The position numbers and the translations under genes were made by a program. Below are positions 1-9,354 of a DNA stretch of 64,000 nucleotides, in pieces; positions within the stretch are counted from its first letter, which is position 1; every line of letters starts with the position of its first letter. Origin of the DNA: a virus; IMG/VR virus record IMGVR_UViG_3300016478_000246, positions 34,353 through 98,352 of that record; one strand, 5' to 3'. The notes under the pieces are model-generated. The model did not search any database. It was not told the DNA's origin and was given only the letters and a program-made list of their open reading frames with translations.

Positions 1-495
1 ACCCATAATCTTAAAGATGGCTATAAATACTATAATGAGAAAATACCATCTGACAGCAAAAATAAAGTTAGCAAGATTATGTTTAATAAGATAATTAGCG
101 AAGTGAACCTTGCGGTAATGAACGAAGTTATCAATGGCAAAACCATAACGCTTCCAGCGGGCTTTGGAACCCTATCTATTGAAAAGCAATCCACTAAAGT
201 ATGGATTGATGATGATGGTAGGTTGCAAGCAACAAAGCCTGTTAATATGCGCGAGACGCTAAAGCTATGGCACGAGGACGAAGAGGCCAGGCTTAAGAAA
301 ATATTTGTAAGGTATGATGAAGATTTTGTGTTTAGAATCACAAGTCATCGTAAAAATGTTGGGTTCACCAACATGAGATATATAAGATTTAGGCCTTGCA
401 GATATTTTAGACAAGCATTAAAAAATAAAATTATTAACGATAAAAATTACGATACGTATGAGCGTGGTAAAGTGGACAAGTTTGAAGGTTATTGA
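1..495 (+). CDS. IHF/HU-like DNA-binding protein of the crAss tail module (5' end outside the window)
   Basis: Frame is open from base 1 (THNLKDGYKYY...). HU/IHF-like motifs 'ITLPAGFGTLSI' and 'RYIRFRPCRYFRQAL'. Lies immediately before the tail tubular gene, as in crAss-like phages. Confidence 0.7.
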   Translation, partial: THNLKDGYKYYNEKIPSDSKNKVSKIMFNKIISEVNLAVMNEVINGKTITLPAGFGTLSIEKQSTKVWIDDDGRLQATKPVNMRETLKLWHEDEEARLKKIFVRYDEDFVFRITSHRKNVGFTNMRYIRFRPCRYFRQALKNKIINDKNYDTYERGKVDKFEGY

Positions 496-1153
496 GAATC
501 GACTCCTTAGGGATGAGACGTTTATAGGTATCAATTTTGAGGCCATTATAGACTACTTTCTTGACTTTATAAGTATAGTTGGTACGCCAGAGTTATTTGA
601 TGATAAGATCACGGCAGAACTTGATATAGTGGATTACAGAGCACCTCTCCCAGCAGATTTTGTTGAGGAGATTTTTGTGCATATGGACAATAAGCCCGCC
701 AAAGAATCTACTGATATTTCAGCAATTCATCGCAAGGCATTAATGGATATTGCCAAGGATGAGTTTTACGATAGAGAGCAGTCTATTACTTATAAAATAG
801 GCGGCGGATACATTTACACATCCTACGAAACCGGCAAACTAATATTGCAATATAAGTCAATTAAAGTCGATGAGGATGGCTATCCTATGGTGCCTGACGA
901 TGCGGTGTTTATGCTGGCCTTACAGAGCTATATAGAGCTACAATTCCTTAAGATATTATATCGCGCAGGTAAGATTGCCGGCACAATCTATGATGAGGCC
1001 AAGCAACAATACGCATGGAATGTGGGACGTTATGAAACGCATGCAAAACGATTAACTCCAGCCAAGATGGAATCTATTTCTGCGATGTTTAAAAACATTC
1101 ATCATCGCCGAAACGAGTTTGGCCAGAGATATAAAAATCTTTCAAGTCAATAA
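458..1153 (+). CDS. Tail tubular (ring) protein
   Basis: 231 aa with 'YRAPLPADF' and 'DEDGYPMVPD' motifs typical of crAss Ttub. Position between IHF-like and stabilization genes. Confidence 0.75.
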   Translation: MSVVKWTSLKVIENRLLRDETFIGINFEAIIDYFLDFISIVGTPELFDDKITAELDIVDYRAPLPADFVEEIFVHMDNKPAKESTDISAIHRKALMDIAKDEFYDREQSITYKIGGGYIYTSYETGKLILQYKSIKVDEDGYPMVPDDAVFMLALQSYIELQFLKILYRAGKIAGTIYDEAKQQYAWNVGRYETHAKRLTPAKMESISAMFKNIHHRRNEFGQRYKNLSSQ

Positions 1154-1155
1154 TT

Positions 1156-4100
1156 ATGCAAAATAAAAGCCAAACTTATAAGATTAAAGGCATGAATAGG
1201 GACTTATCCTATTCAGCCTTTAACCCTGATTTCTCATACGAAAACTACAATATAAGGATTACCACCACCGACAGTAATTCAATGCTTAGGGTATCAAATG
1301 AGAAGGGTAATCGAGAAATTACCTTGTATGATACCGAAGGGTCTATTACAAGTCTCGCGGGAGAAATTATTGGTTACTGTGAGATTGATAACAAGCTGGT
1401 TGTCTTTACGTACTCAGAGACGATAGATAGGATATATTTGCTGTATGACTATGACGATGGGCAAGCAAATGTTAAAACGCTGTTTGAAGCAGGCAGCCTT
1501 AATTTTAGCCCAGACCATCAAATACAAGCAATACCATTCTATGAGAGCGAAGTCATTCAAAAAGTTTATTGGATTGACGGATTAAACGAGCCGCGCTTTA
1601 TTAATGTAATGGCAGAGAACCAATCTTACAATGTAGATTCATTTAACTTCTATAGTGACTTAAATCTAAACGAAGTAGTTACTATTACAAAAGAATATGG
1701 TGATGGCTTGTTTAAGTCAGGAACTGTTCAGTACGGATTTTCATATTTTAACACTAATGGGTCTGAAACTGGGTTGGTGTTTTTGAGCGAGCCGCAATCA
1801 GTTTCTCCGATAGATAGGGGCGGCCAGCCTGACGAAATAATCCCAAACTCTTTCAGAATAAATATTGACAGTGTAGATTCAAAATTTGACTTTGTAAGAC
1901 TATACTCAGTGTTTAGGGAGTCGCTGGATGGAGTGCCGGTAGTTAAGCGTATAGCAGACTTAAGCTCAAAAGGCATTAGCCAGGTTACTTACATTGATAA
2001 AAATATTGTTGGCGATACGCTTGATGCCGACATGCTGCTAACATTATACTCTGACAGAATAGTCCCGCAGTGTATGGAGCAAAAATACAATACGCTATTT
2101 TTTGGTAATATCAAGATTGAAGAAAATTCAACTCTTGGTATATACAATCTTGAGGATTTAGACCCTCTAACCCCAATTTTTAACTGGGAATTGGATTCAA
2201 AGGGTGAGATTATCGAATCTTCCCTAACAAGCACTTCATACCCATACAGGCCGGCGTTAAATACTCGCAGCATACAAACACCGTCAGGCCCTCAAATTTC
2301 AAAAATAGCCAGGCATTTTAAATATGGAGAGACTTATAGACTTGGGCTGCAAGGGCAATATAAAGATGGCTCATGGTCTGCCCCAATTTGGATTGGCAAA
2401 GATTTTACTGTCGACAAAAGGTATTCTCAAGAGTTTATAGAGAATTATTCTGCCATAAAAATACAGAAGGTAATCGGCAGATTTTTGCTAACACAATATA
2501 AAAAATGGTTTCAAGATAACGGGTTTGTAAGGGTCAGGCCATTGATGGTTCCATTGTCATACTCTGACAGACACATTATAGCTCAAGGCATTGGTACAAA
2601 TACTCTTGGAGTTATGAGTCATAGGGTTGGCACCAATAAAAACTCCCAAGTATTTTCTATGCCAGACTACTTGGTAAGGAGCAATGGACGAACATCTCCC
2701 AATACCCAATTTAATGACGGAACGTATTTTCATTTTGACCTGCTAAAACTTAACAATGTTCACGGGTTAAGTGGAACTTCAATGCCAAGCAGTCAAAAGT
2801 ATAAGTTTATTGAGAATATGGGGACCTGCTCTGAAAATCCAGTAAGCGGCGAATATGGTGAGCCTGACTATTTAAATATAAATAGCACATTTAGGTATAT
2901 AAGTGGTGCCGGGTTTAGGTCAAAATTCCAGAAGAGTGATACTCCACAAGACAGAGATTATTTCTTTATAGATAATAACACTGTAAACATTTGGAGTCCT
3001 GAGTTTATGTATGATTATGACAACATTAACCCATACATGAACTCTGTCAGCCAATTAGGATTATATGGATTTTCCATAATAACTGGCGGAAATGATTCAT
3101 TCTCTATTGATGGGACTTTCGCCAATAGAACAGAATTCGGGTCATATGATAGGATAATATCAGTTGCTAATTATAATTATAAATTTCCACTAGTCAGTGA
3201 CACGTCTATTCCTGATAGAAATTATAGGGCTATTCTTTTAAACTACAAGTGCGGAGAAGAATCCATTGATGAATTTGTTAATCACATAGTTGTACCAATA
3301 TGGACTCCTGGTAAAATGCATCTGCAAAATTTAAAGCTAATCCCAGGACATGAAGCGTTTCCAGAGATAGAAATAGACTTTTCATCAATTAAAAAGGTTA
3401 TGAATGTTTATTGCGGATATAATTTTATCTTAAATGACGATAAAAACGCAATATATAGCATCAATAATCCAAAAATATTTTACGATGACTCAACATCTTA
3501 CTACAAAAGTAATGAGTATGACAATGAATTAAATGCTGGAAATATATTGTATTCAAAAAGGGTTAGCAAAGATTTTTCTCCTTTAGGGTATATTGCTTGT
3601 AGAGCGTCTGATAAGGACTCAAAGTTTTTGTACACATATGTCACGGGGGTGCCTGCGAGTGACCTGAGAGAAGACAATAGTGCAATAGACTGGAATCTTG
3701 AAGGATTTACTATGGAGTATTCATCATCTCCACACGCATTGTTTTCGTTTAAAGAGAACAATTCGCTTACGCACTGCCTGCCAACGTTTTCACCTAATTC
3801 TACTTCGCTAACAACAGTACCGGTTGGCACTGCTTTATGGTATCGTGGAAGTAGAAGTGGGGCGGCAGATAAGTTTATCACAGAAATTCACCCTTATAGT
3901 GTCTTTAAGAATCAAATACAAATTGGTGATTTGAATCCATTTCATCCGATAAATTATAATTCATTTCCAATCTTTGATGTGATTAAGCCGGTAGCAGAGG
4001 GTTCGCAATATGGCGGAAAGTCTAAGAGTGCATTGCTTAATAACCAGTGGATCCCATGTGGCCCAGCAGTATCAATTGATGACGAGTATTTGTACTTCTC

Positions 4101-5364
4101 TGAAGGCGACACCTATATCACACGGTTTGATTTCTTAAAATCATATGTTGATAATCTTGAAGCAGTTAACAATGTCGCATCAACCATGTCTTTTATATGT
4201 GAATCATTTATTAATCTTGATGGACGATATGATGCTAATAGATATAGGACTGATGTGTCAGTCATGCAGCCAACAAATTATGGCTTAATGAACAAGGCCT
4301 ACACGCAGAAAGACAATTACTTTACTTATGGAATTGTTGACCCTGACCGCACCAAGGCCAACTCATTTAAAAGCACTATAACATGGACAGGCACTAAACG
4401 CAATAATGAAACGACCGATAGCTGGACAAAGATTAATCTCATAAACACTATGGATTTAGATGGTACTTATGGACCAGTAAATTCAATTAATCTCGTGCAA
4501 AACAATTTGTACGCGTTTCAGGATAAGGCAATAGCCTCAATACTATTTAAAGAGCGCTCACAGCTATCAGACCAGCTTGGAAGCATATCATTAGGCACTG
4601 GGTATTTAACACCTGAATATAACTATCTGACCAATCAATATGGCACTACAAGCAAGTGGTCAGTTGTTTCGTCAAAAAGCGGACTGTACTTTGTGGACTA
4701 TGAAAACAAGCTTTTGGCTAATATTGGGAATGGGATAACCCCGGTATCAACCCTTAATGGATTTAAGAGTTGGTTTACTGAGAATACCGACAGAAACGCC
4801 CCTCTAAGGCTTTCTTACGACAAAGCTAATAGTGACATCCACATACACAATAAAACGTCGTCATTGGCCTATTCTGAGCTTCTGGGAGGCTTTACATCAT
4901 TCTATGAGTATAAGACTAATCTGCCGATGATTAACGCATGGGAACGCTTCTTATCAACCAAAGGCAGTTCATTATGGTCTGCATTTGATGGGGACTATAA
5001 CTCGTTCTACGGGACTATAAATGGCTTTAGTATTGAGTATGTGACCAACCCAGACCCGTTGTTTGATAAGGTATTTAACAACATTGATTATAGGCTTGAC
5101 AATGACAATATCAATTGGAATTACCTTGATATATCAAATCACTATCAGCATGGAGAGCTGGACTCAACCAAATACAATAAGTCCACCATTAAGAAGTTTA
5201 ATGTGTATAGGACTATACTGCCGAGAGATAATTTTTATAATCCAAAGTCTCTTGACAGAATACGATCAACATGGGCTAATTTAAAATTAAGTTGGAGGCC
5301 TCCTGAGAGCAACATAAACGAGCTATTTAGCATGCAAGATTTAACTTTGTATTACTTCATTTAA
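1156..5364 (+). CDS. Tail stabilization / muzzle protein (P22 gp10-like)
   Basis: 1402 aa, beta-rich. 'KGMNRDLS' start, 'VYWIDGLNEPRFIN', 'EGDTYITRF', 'DKVFNNI', 'DRIRSTWANLKL' are typical of crAss Tstab. Confidence 0.8.
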   Translation: MQNKSQTYKIKGMNRDLSYSAFNPDFSYENYNIRITTTDSNSMLRVSNEKGNREITLYDTEGSITSLAGEIIGYCEIDNKLVVFTYSETIDRIYLLYDYDDGQANVKTLFEAGSLNFSPDHQIQAIPFYESEVIQKVYWIDGLNEPRFINVMAENQSYNVDSFNFYSDLNLNEVVTITKEYGDGLFKSGTVQYGFSYFNTNGSETGLVFLSEPQSVSPIDRGGQPDEIIPNSFRINIDSVDSKFDFVRLYSVFRESLDGVPVVKRIADLSSKGISQVTYIDKNIVGDTLDADMLLTLYSDRIVPQCMEQKYNTLFFGNIKIEENSTLGIYNLEDLDPLTPIFNWELDSKGEIIESSLTSTSYPYRPALNTRSIQTPSGPQISKIARHFKYGETYRLGLQGQYKDGSWSAPIWIGKDFTVDKRYSQEFIENYSAIKIQKVIGRFLLTQYKKWFQDNGFVRVRPLMVPLSYSDRHIIAQGIGTNTLGVMSHRVGTNKNSQVFSMPDYLVRSNGRTSPNTQFNDGTYFHFDLLKLNNVHGLSGTSMPSSQKYKFIENMGTCSENPVSGEYGEPDYLNINSTFRYISGAGFRSKFQKSDTPQDRDYFFIDNNTVNIWSPEFMYDYDNINPYMNSVSQLGLYGFSIITGGNDSFSIDGTFANRTEFGSYDRIISVANYNYKFPLVSDTSIPDRNYRAILLNYKCGEESIDEFVNHIVVPIWTPGKMHLQNLKLIPGHEAFPEIEIDFSSIKKVMNVYCGYNFILNDDKNAIYSINNPKIFYDDSTSYYKSNEYDNELNAGNILYSKRVSKDFSPLGYIACRASDKDSKFLYTYVTGVPASDLREDNSAIDWNLEGFTMEYSSSPHALFSFKENNSLTHCLPTFSPNSTSLTTVPVGTALWYRGSRSGAADKFITEIHPYSVFKNQIQIGDLNPFHPINYNSFPIFDVIKPVAEGSQYGGKSKSALLNNQWIPCGPAVSIDDEYLYFSEGDTYITRFDFLKSYVDNLEAVNNVASTMSFICESFINLDGRYDANRYRTDVSVMQPTNYGLMNKAYTQKDNYFTYGIVDPDRTKANSFKSTITWTGTKRNNETTDSWTKINLINTMDLDGTYGPVNSINLVQNNLYAFQDKAIASILFKERSQLSDQLGSISLGTGYLTPEYNYLTNQYGTTSKWSVVSSKSGLYFVDYENKLLANIGNGITPVSTLNGFKSWFTENTDRNAPLRLSYDKANSDIHIHNKTSSLAYSELLGGFTSFYEYKTNLPMINAWERFLSTKGSSLWSAFDGDYNSFYGTINGFSIEYVTNPDPLFDKVFNNIDYRLDNDNINWNYLDISNHYQHGELDSTKYNKSTIKKFNVYRTILPRDNFYNPKSLDRIRSTWANLKLSWRPPESNINELFSMQDLTLYYFI

Positions 5365-5372
5365 AATCTAAG

Positions 5373-5415
5373 AATAGGGTATGTATATTTTTGTTATACA
5401 TATCCTATTTTTTTT
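5373..5415 (+). terminator. Intrinsic terminator after the muzzle gene
   Basis: aatagggtatgtata (5373-5387) pairs with tatacatatcctatt (5395-5409), running into a T-tract. Confidence 0.75.
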
Positions 5416-5424
5416 AGTTATTAA

Positions 5425-5456
5425 TTTGGATAAATCAAAAAAATATTGTATATTTG
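5425..5456 (+). promoter_or_regulatory. Bacteroidota-type -33/-7 promoter for the cargo/RNAP genes
   Basis: TTTG (5425-5428), 20-nt spacer, TATATTTG (5449-5456) matches the TTTG-N19-21-TAnnTTTG consensus. Confidence 0.75.
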
Positions 5457-5477
5457 CCTATATTTAAAAACATTGCA

Positions 5478-7403
5478 ATGAAAAATATATTTCCAAAATC
5501 ATTTGGGCAAGCAAATAAGTCACTGGGAACGATTGGCCAAGTCGCAGGTGGGTTACAAATGCTTACCGGAATGGCTGGTCAGGCGTCCAAATATATGGAT
5601 ACCTCTGGCATTACCCAACAAGGGTCAGAATACGAAGATATTACCAGGGGTAATATCGGTCAAGCAATTGACATCCAACAAGATCAGGCATCATTTGGCA
5701 CTATCGCTACTGATGCTGCATCATCCGCTATTTCAGGCATGGCTACATTTGGGCCCCTTGGTGCTATTGCGGGCTTAGCCCCAATCATCACCGGCGTACT
5801 TGGCAACGACGCAAAGAAGAAGGCGTGGAATGACACTATGAATAGCGAGCGTTCATTACGCATGACAAAGCAACGACAGTTTAACGAGCAAGACTTACGC
5901 ACTGGCATGGCTAATCAATTTGCTTATGGTGGACAATTTAACTCACCTCTGACAGAGTTTAATGCCGGAGGAACTCACGAGCAGAATCCAAACAACGGCA
6001 TTATGCAAGGCATGGGGTCTAATGGTCAACCAAACTTCGTTGAAGAAGGGGAGACTAAATATAATGATTATATATACTCTAACAGATTAAGCATAGATGA
6101 TTCTATTGTTAAGGCTTATAATTTGCCTACTAAAGTTAAAGGAAAGACTTTTGCGGAAGCTACTAAAATACTTAATGAGCAAGTAAAAGAACGCCCTAAC
6201 GATCCAATCAGTTTAAAGACGCTTGAAGCTAATATGTCTAAATTGGCGCAGGCGCAAGATGATTTAAAAGCCACCATAGAGCAGGACGCCGGTGTCAATG
6301 AAGCCATAGATAATCTTGGCTTTAGCGAAGAAATATTTGCCAAGGGTGGCTCTCTCAATTTCAAGTCTAATGCTGCTTATAAGAAATGGCTTGGCTATGT
6401 GCACGCCACTGGCAAAGCTGAAAGCACGCCCGGGCATCAATCAGTATCAATTAAAGGTAAAAGTCACGAAGTGAAACATCAATTAGGTGGCGCACTGTAC
6501 AATGAACTTGATGCGCTAAAAAATTCAGGGATATTTGCATACGGTGGTAATATGTATGCTACAAGGGGTCAATTAGATCTGCCTAAAACCTCTGCTGGAG
6601 ATGACGATGAAATAGCCAAAGAAATTAATTTAAACGAAATTACAATTACCCCAGAAATACCAATCTATCATGCCGAAAGTGATTATGGTGTTGAAGAGTT
6701 TACCCCAAAACCCCTGTCTGATAGCGAAATTATGGATAGGACAGAATACTTGCCAGACGAAGAAGAATTGCAGCCAATTAAAGTTGAAAGGGGCGGTGAT
6801 AATAATGGCCAATTAAACTACGCCATGTTCGCTCCCATCTTTGCCAACGCAATGCAGGGTATTAGCACAGCATTTGAAAAGCCTGCTGTTGAGAAGTATG
6901 GGCGTGTTGCTCCTGAGTTAATCACAAGCCGTATGTCTTACAGACCACTATCAACCGAGTATCTATCAAATCAAATTCAATCACAAGGTGCTGGTGTTAG
7001 ACGGTCTATTCAGGAGTCTGCACCAACAGGCGGGTCTGCAATGAGAGGTATTTTAGCTTCTAACAGAGCAACCTCTGACGCCTTATCACAAGCATACTTT
7101 CAGGCAGAAGCAGCTCGTGAAGCGCGTCGTGCAGCAGTTGAGTCTGGCAATATAAGAATACAAGGGCAAAATGTTGCTTCAAAAAATGCAGCAGCATCGC
7201 AAAACGCACAAATACGAATGGCAGAAGTAATTGCCAACATGCAAAATAGGGCTGCGCGCAATAACGCATTGCGGGGATTTGCAGCAACAATGGGTAATGA
7301 CTTGGGACAAATAGGCCGCATGATGTACGCCTCTAAAACAGGGCAAGCAATGACAGGATATGACACGGACCCATTTGGTACTGGTAAAGTTAAATATAGA
7401 TAA
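5478..7403 (+). CDS. Virion cargo (ejection) protein 1
   Basis: Gly/Ala-rich hydrophobic N-terminal segment, 'FNAGGTHEQNPNNGI' and 'VEEGETK' crAss cargo motifs, repeated FAxGG. Start moved to ATG 5478 because TTG 5454 lies inside the -7 promoter box. Confidence 0.7.
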   Translation: MKNIFPKSFGQANKSLGTIGQVAGGLQMLTGMAGQASKYMDTSGITQQGSEYEDITRGNIGQAIDIQQDQASFGTIATDAASSAISGMATFGPLGAIAGLAPIITGVLGNDAKKKAWNDTMNSERSLRMTKQRQFNEQDLRTGMANQFAYGGQFNSPLTEFNAGGTHEQNPNNGIMQGMGSNGQPNFVEEGETKYNDYIYSNRLSIDDSIVKAYNLPTKVKGKTFAEATKILNEQVKERPNDPISLKTLEANMSKLAQAQDDLKATIEQDAGVNEAIDNLGFSEEIFAKGGSLNFKSNAAYKKWLGYVHATGKAESTPGHQSVSIKGKSHEVKHQLGGALYNELDALKNSGIFAYGGNMYATRGQLDLPKTSAGDDDEIAKEINLNEITITPEIPIYHAESDYGVEEFTPKPLSDSEIMDRTEYLPDEEELQPIKVERGGDNNGQLNYAMFAPIFANAMQGISTAFEKPAVEKYGRVAPELITSRMSYRPLSTEYLSNQIQSQGAGVRRSIQESAPTGGSAMRGILASNRATSDALSQAYFQAEAAREARRAAVESGNIRIQGQNVASKNAAASQNAQIRMAEVIANMQNRAARNNALRGFAATMGNDLGQIGRMMYASKTGQAMTGYDTDPFGTGKVKYR

Positions 7404-7405
7404 TT

Positions 7406-9340
7406 ATGGCAGTAAGTAGATTTGACACAATGAATGTATCGCAGTTCAACCCTCTATCAATGGAGGAGATTTGGAAGCCATCAATGATGCTGCGAGAACA
7501 ACACGATAGACTCCAGGAGGAGTATGACCAAGCCGCTATATTATCGGCACAAGGGTTATCAGGACTAAACCCTGAGCAAGACGCTGCTGCGTTAACAGCG
7601 CATCAGACATATCAGCAAGAGCTCGAAAAGGCTGCCAATGATTTGTCATCAAAAGGATTTATAGATTCAGGGCGCAGGCAAAATTTAAGCAAACTAAAGA
7701 CTATGTATTCCACGCAGGTAATGCCCTATGAAAAGCAATTAGCTGAGCGTAAGCGCGCAGCAGAGATGCTTTGGGAGCGCAAACTTGCTGACCCATCATA
7801 CCAAGAAACATTTGACCCGTCATCAGTATCGCTCGACAGGGGGCTTAAAGACCCAAATGCTTTTAAATTTCAAGGAGTTAGTAAAAGCGCTATTGAGAAA
7901 GAAGTTGCAAGCAAAGCGGTGTTACTCAAAGACTATGCTGACAAACAACCTGAAATTGGCAAAGCAATATTGCCATTCCAAAGATTAATGAAAACAATGC
8001 AGGGGGCCAGTCTTGAAGACATACAAAAGGCATTAGCTTTAGAAGTTGGGGAGCAACCAGCAAATGCATTGATTGGCGCTTTGAACACAATAGTTAAAGA
8101 CACTGTTGGAAAATATAATGTTGATGAAATGTTTGCCGGAAGAGCTGATGTTGTTGAAGACATTTATAAAGCTGCTGGCGCAGGCCTCATAGCCGCTATC
8201 GGAGGGCCTAAGTATAGTGTTATTACAGATAGCTACGGCATGAACAAGCAGCTTGCTGATGATGCTCATGCAAGACAGATGGCTCAAATAAAGGCACAGA
8301 AGGAGGCCGAGGCAGAAGCTATGAAGGCTAAGTATTCGGTAGCATTTGCACAGCAGCCAACACAAAATACTGTTGACGAGGGTAAGAGATTATCAAGTGA
8401 TTTGTTAACTAAAAAATTTTTATTTGACCCTTCAGGCAAGCTGCTCGGAGAAGAGGTTATTAAGGCTGGATCCATACCAAGAGGAATGTCTGGGCTTGGG
8501 GTCTCTCCCAAATCCAAAGGCGTGGTAAAATCTGAAAGCATGAATGCTATTGTAAACTCTGCAAGACAGATACTTATATCTCAAAATCCTAAAAACAAAA
8601 ACTTGTCGGACAAGCAGGTTTATGAATCTTTGAGGCAGAATGAACAGCTAAGAGCAGAATCATACAAAGCTCTTAATCACACCTACTATGCCGTAAAAGA
8701 TAAGAATATGGCTGAGAACATCTATAATGATGCGTTCCTTGAAATGACTGGGAATAAATCATTTGTCTTGTATGATGAATACAATCAGTCAATTGCTGGT
8801 GGACAAAGCTTAAATGCTACACTAAAGAACACTGATATAACGGCAGATAAAGTTCAGCGTTATATCAAAGACAATAACATCAAACCGTCATTTGATGCCA
8901 CCTCTGGAATGTGGGTGTATCAGGTACCAAACAAAATGTCTGAGTCAAAGAATGGCGTACTATCCCCAGCAAGTGATTCAGACCGATATTATACCATTGG
9001 TGTTGCTACTGACGCTGAACAAACCGCCAGGGTACAACAAGTTGAGGCTGTTAGAAATGCAAAATTTTCTGGCGCTACAGCCCCTGTCAAAATTAATAAA
9101 GGCCAATTAAGCGCCGTTGTTAATGACGGTGGCCAACGAAAGACGATACCTTACGATATTTATTATGACCCAGCATCAGGCACTGTTAATAAAGTTGCTA
9201 TACACAACGGCAAGCAAGCAGTTCTTGAGTCGGTGGATAGTGACGCATACATCAATGAATTAAACTCTTATACAACCGGCCTTGACAGGCCTGGCACACA
9301 AGGGCATACATACTATCATTCAAACAGAAAGAGTGATTAA
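7406..9340 (+). CDS. Virion cargo (ejection) protein 2
   Basis: 644 aa, helical N-terminus with 'SQFNPLSMEE'. No Cys seen. Lies between cargo 1 and the RNAP. Confidence 0.6.
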   Translation: MAVSRFDTMNVSQFNPLSMEEIWKPSMMLREQHDRLQEEYDQAAILSAQGLSGLNPEQDAAALTAHQTYQQELEKAANDLSSKGFIDSGRRQNLSKLKTMYSTQVMPYEKQLAERKRAAEMLWERKLADPSYQETFDPSSVSLDRGLKDPNAFKFQGVSKSAIEKEVASKAVLLKDYADKQPEIGKAILPFQRLMKTMQGASLEDIQKALALEVGEQPANALIGALNTIVKDTVGKYNVDEMFAGRADVVEDIYKAAGAGLIAAIGGPKYSVITDSYGMNKQLADDAHARQMAQIKAQKEAEAEAMKAKYSVAFAQQPTQNTVDEGKRLSSDLLTKKFLFDPSGKLLGEEVIKAGSIPRGMSGLGVSPKSKGVVKSESMNAIVNSARQILISQNPKNKNLSDKQVYESLRQNEQLRAESYKALNHTYYAVKDKNMAENIYNDAFLEMTGNKSFVLYDEYNQSIAGGQSLNATLKNTDITADKVQRYIKDNNIKPSFDATSGMWVYQVPNKMSESKNGVLSPASDSDRYYTIGVATDAEQTARVQQVEAVRNAKFSGATAPVKINKGQLSAVVNDGGQRKTIPYDIYYDPASGTVNKVAIHNGKQAVLESVDSDAYINELNSYTTGLDRPGTQGHTYYHSNRKSD

Positions 9341-9354
9341 TTAAATAAAATTTT

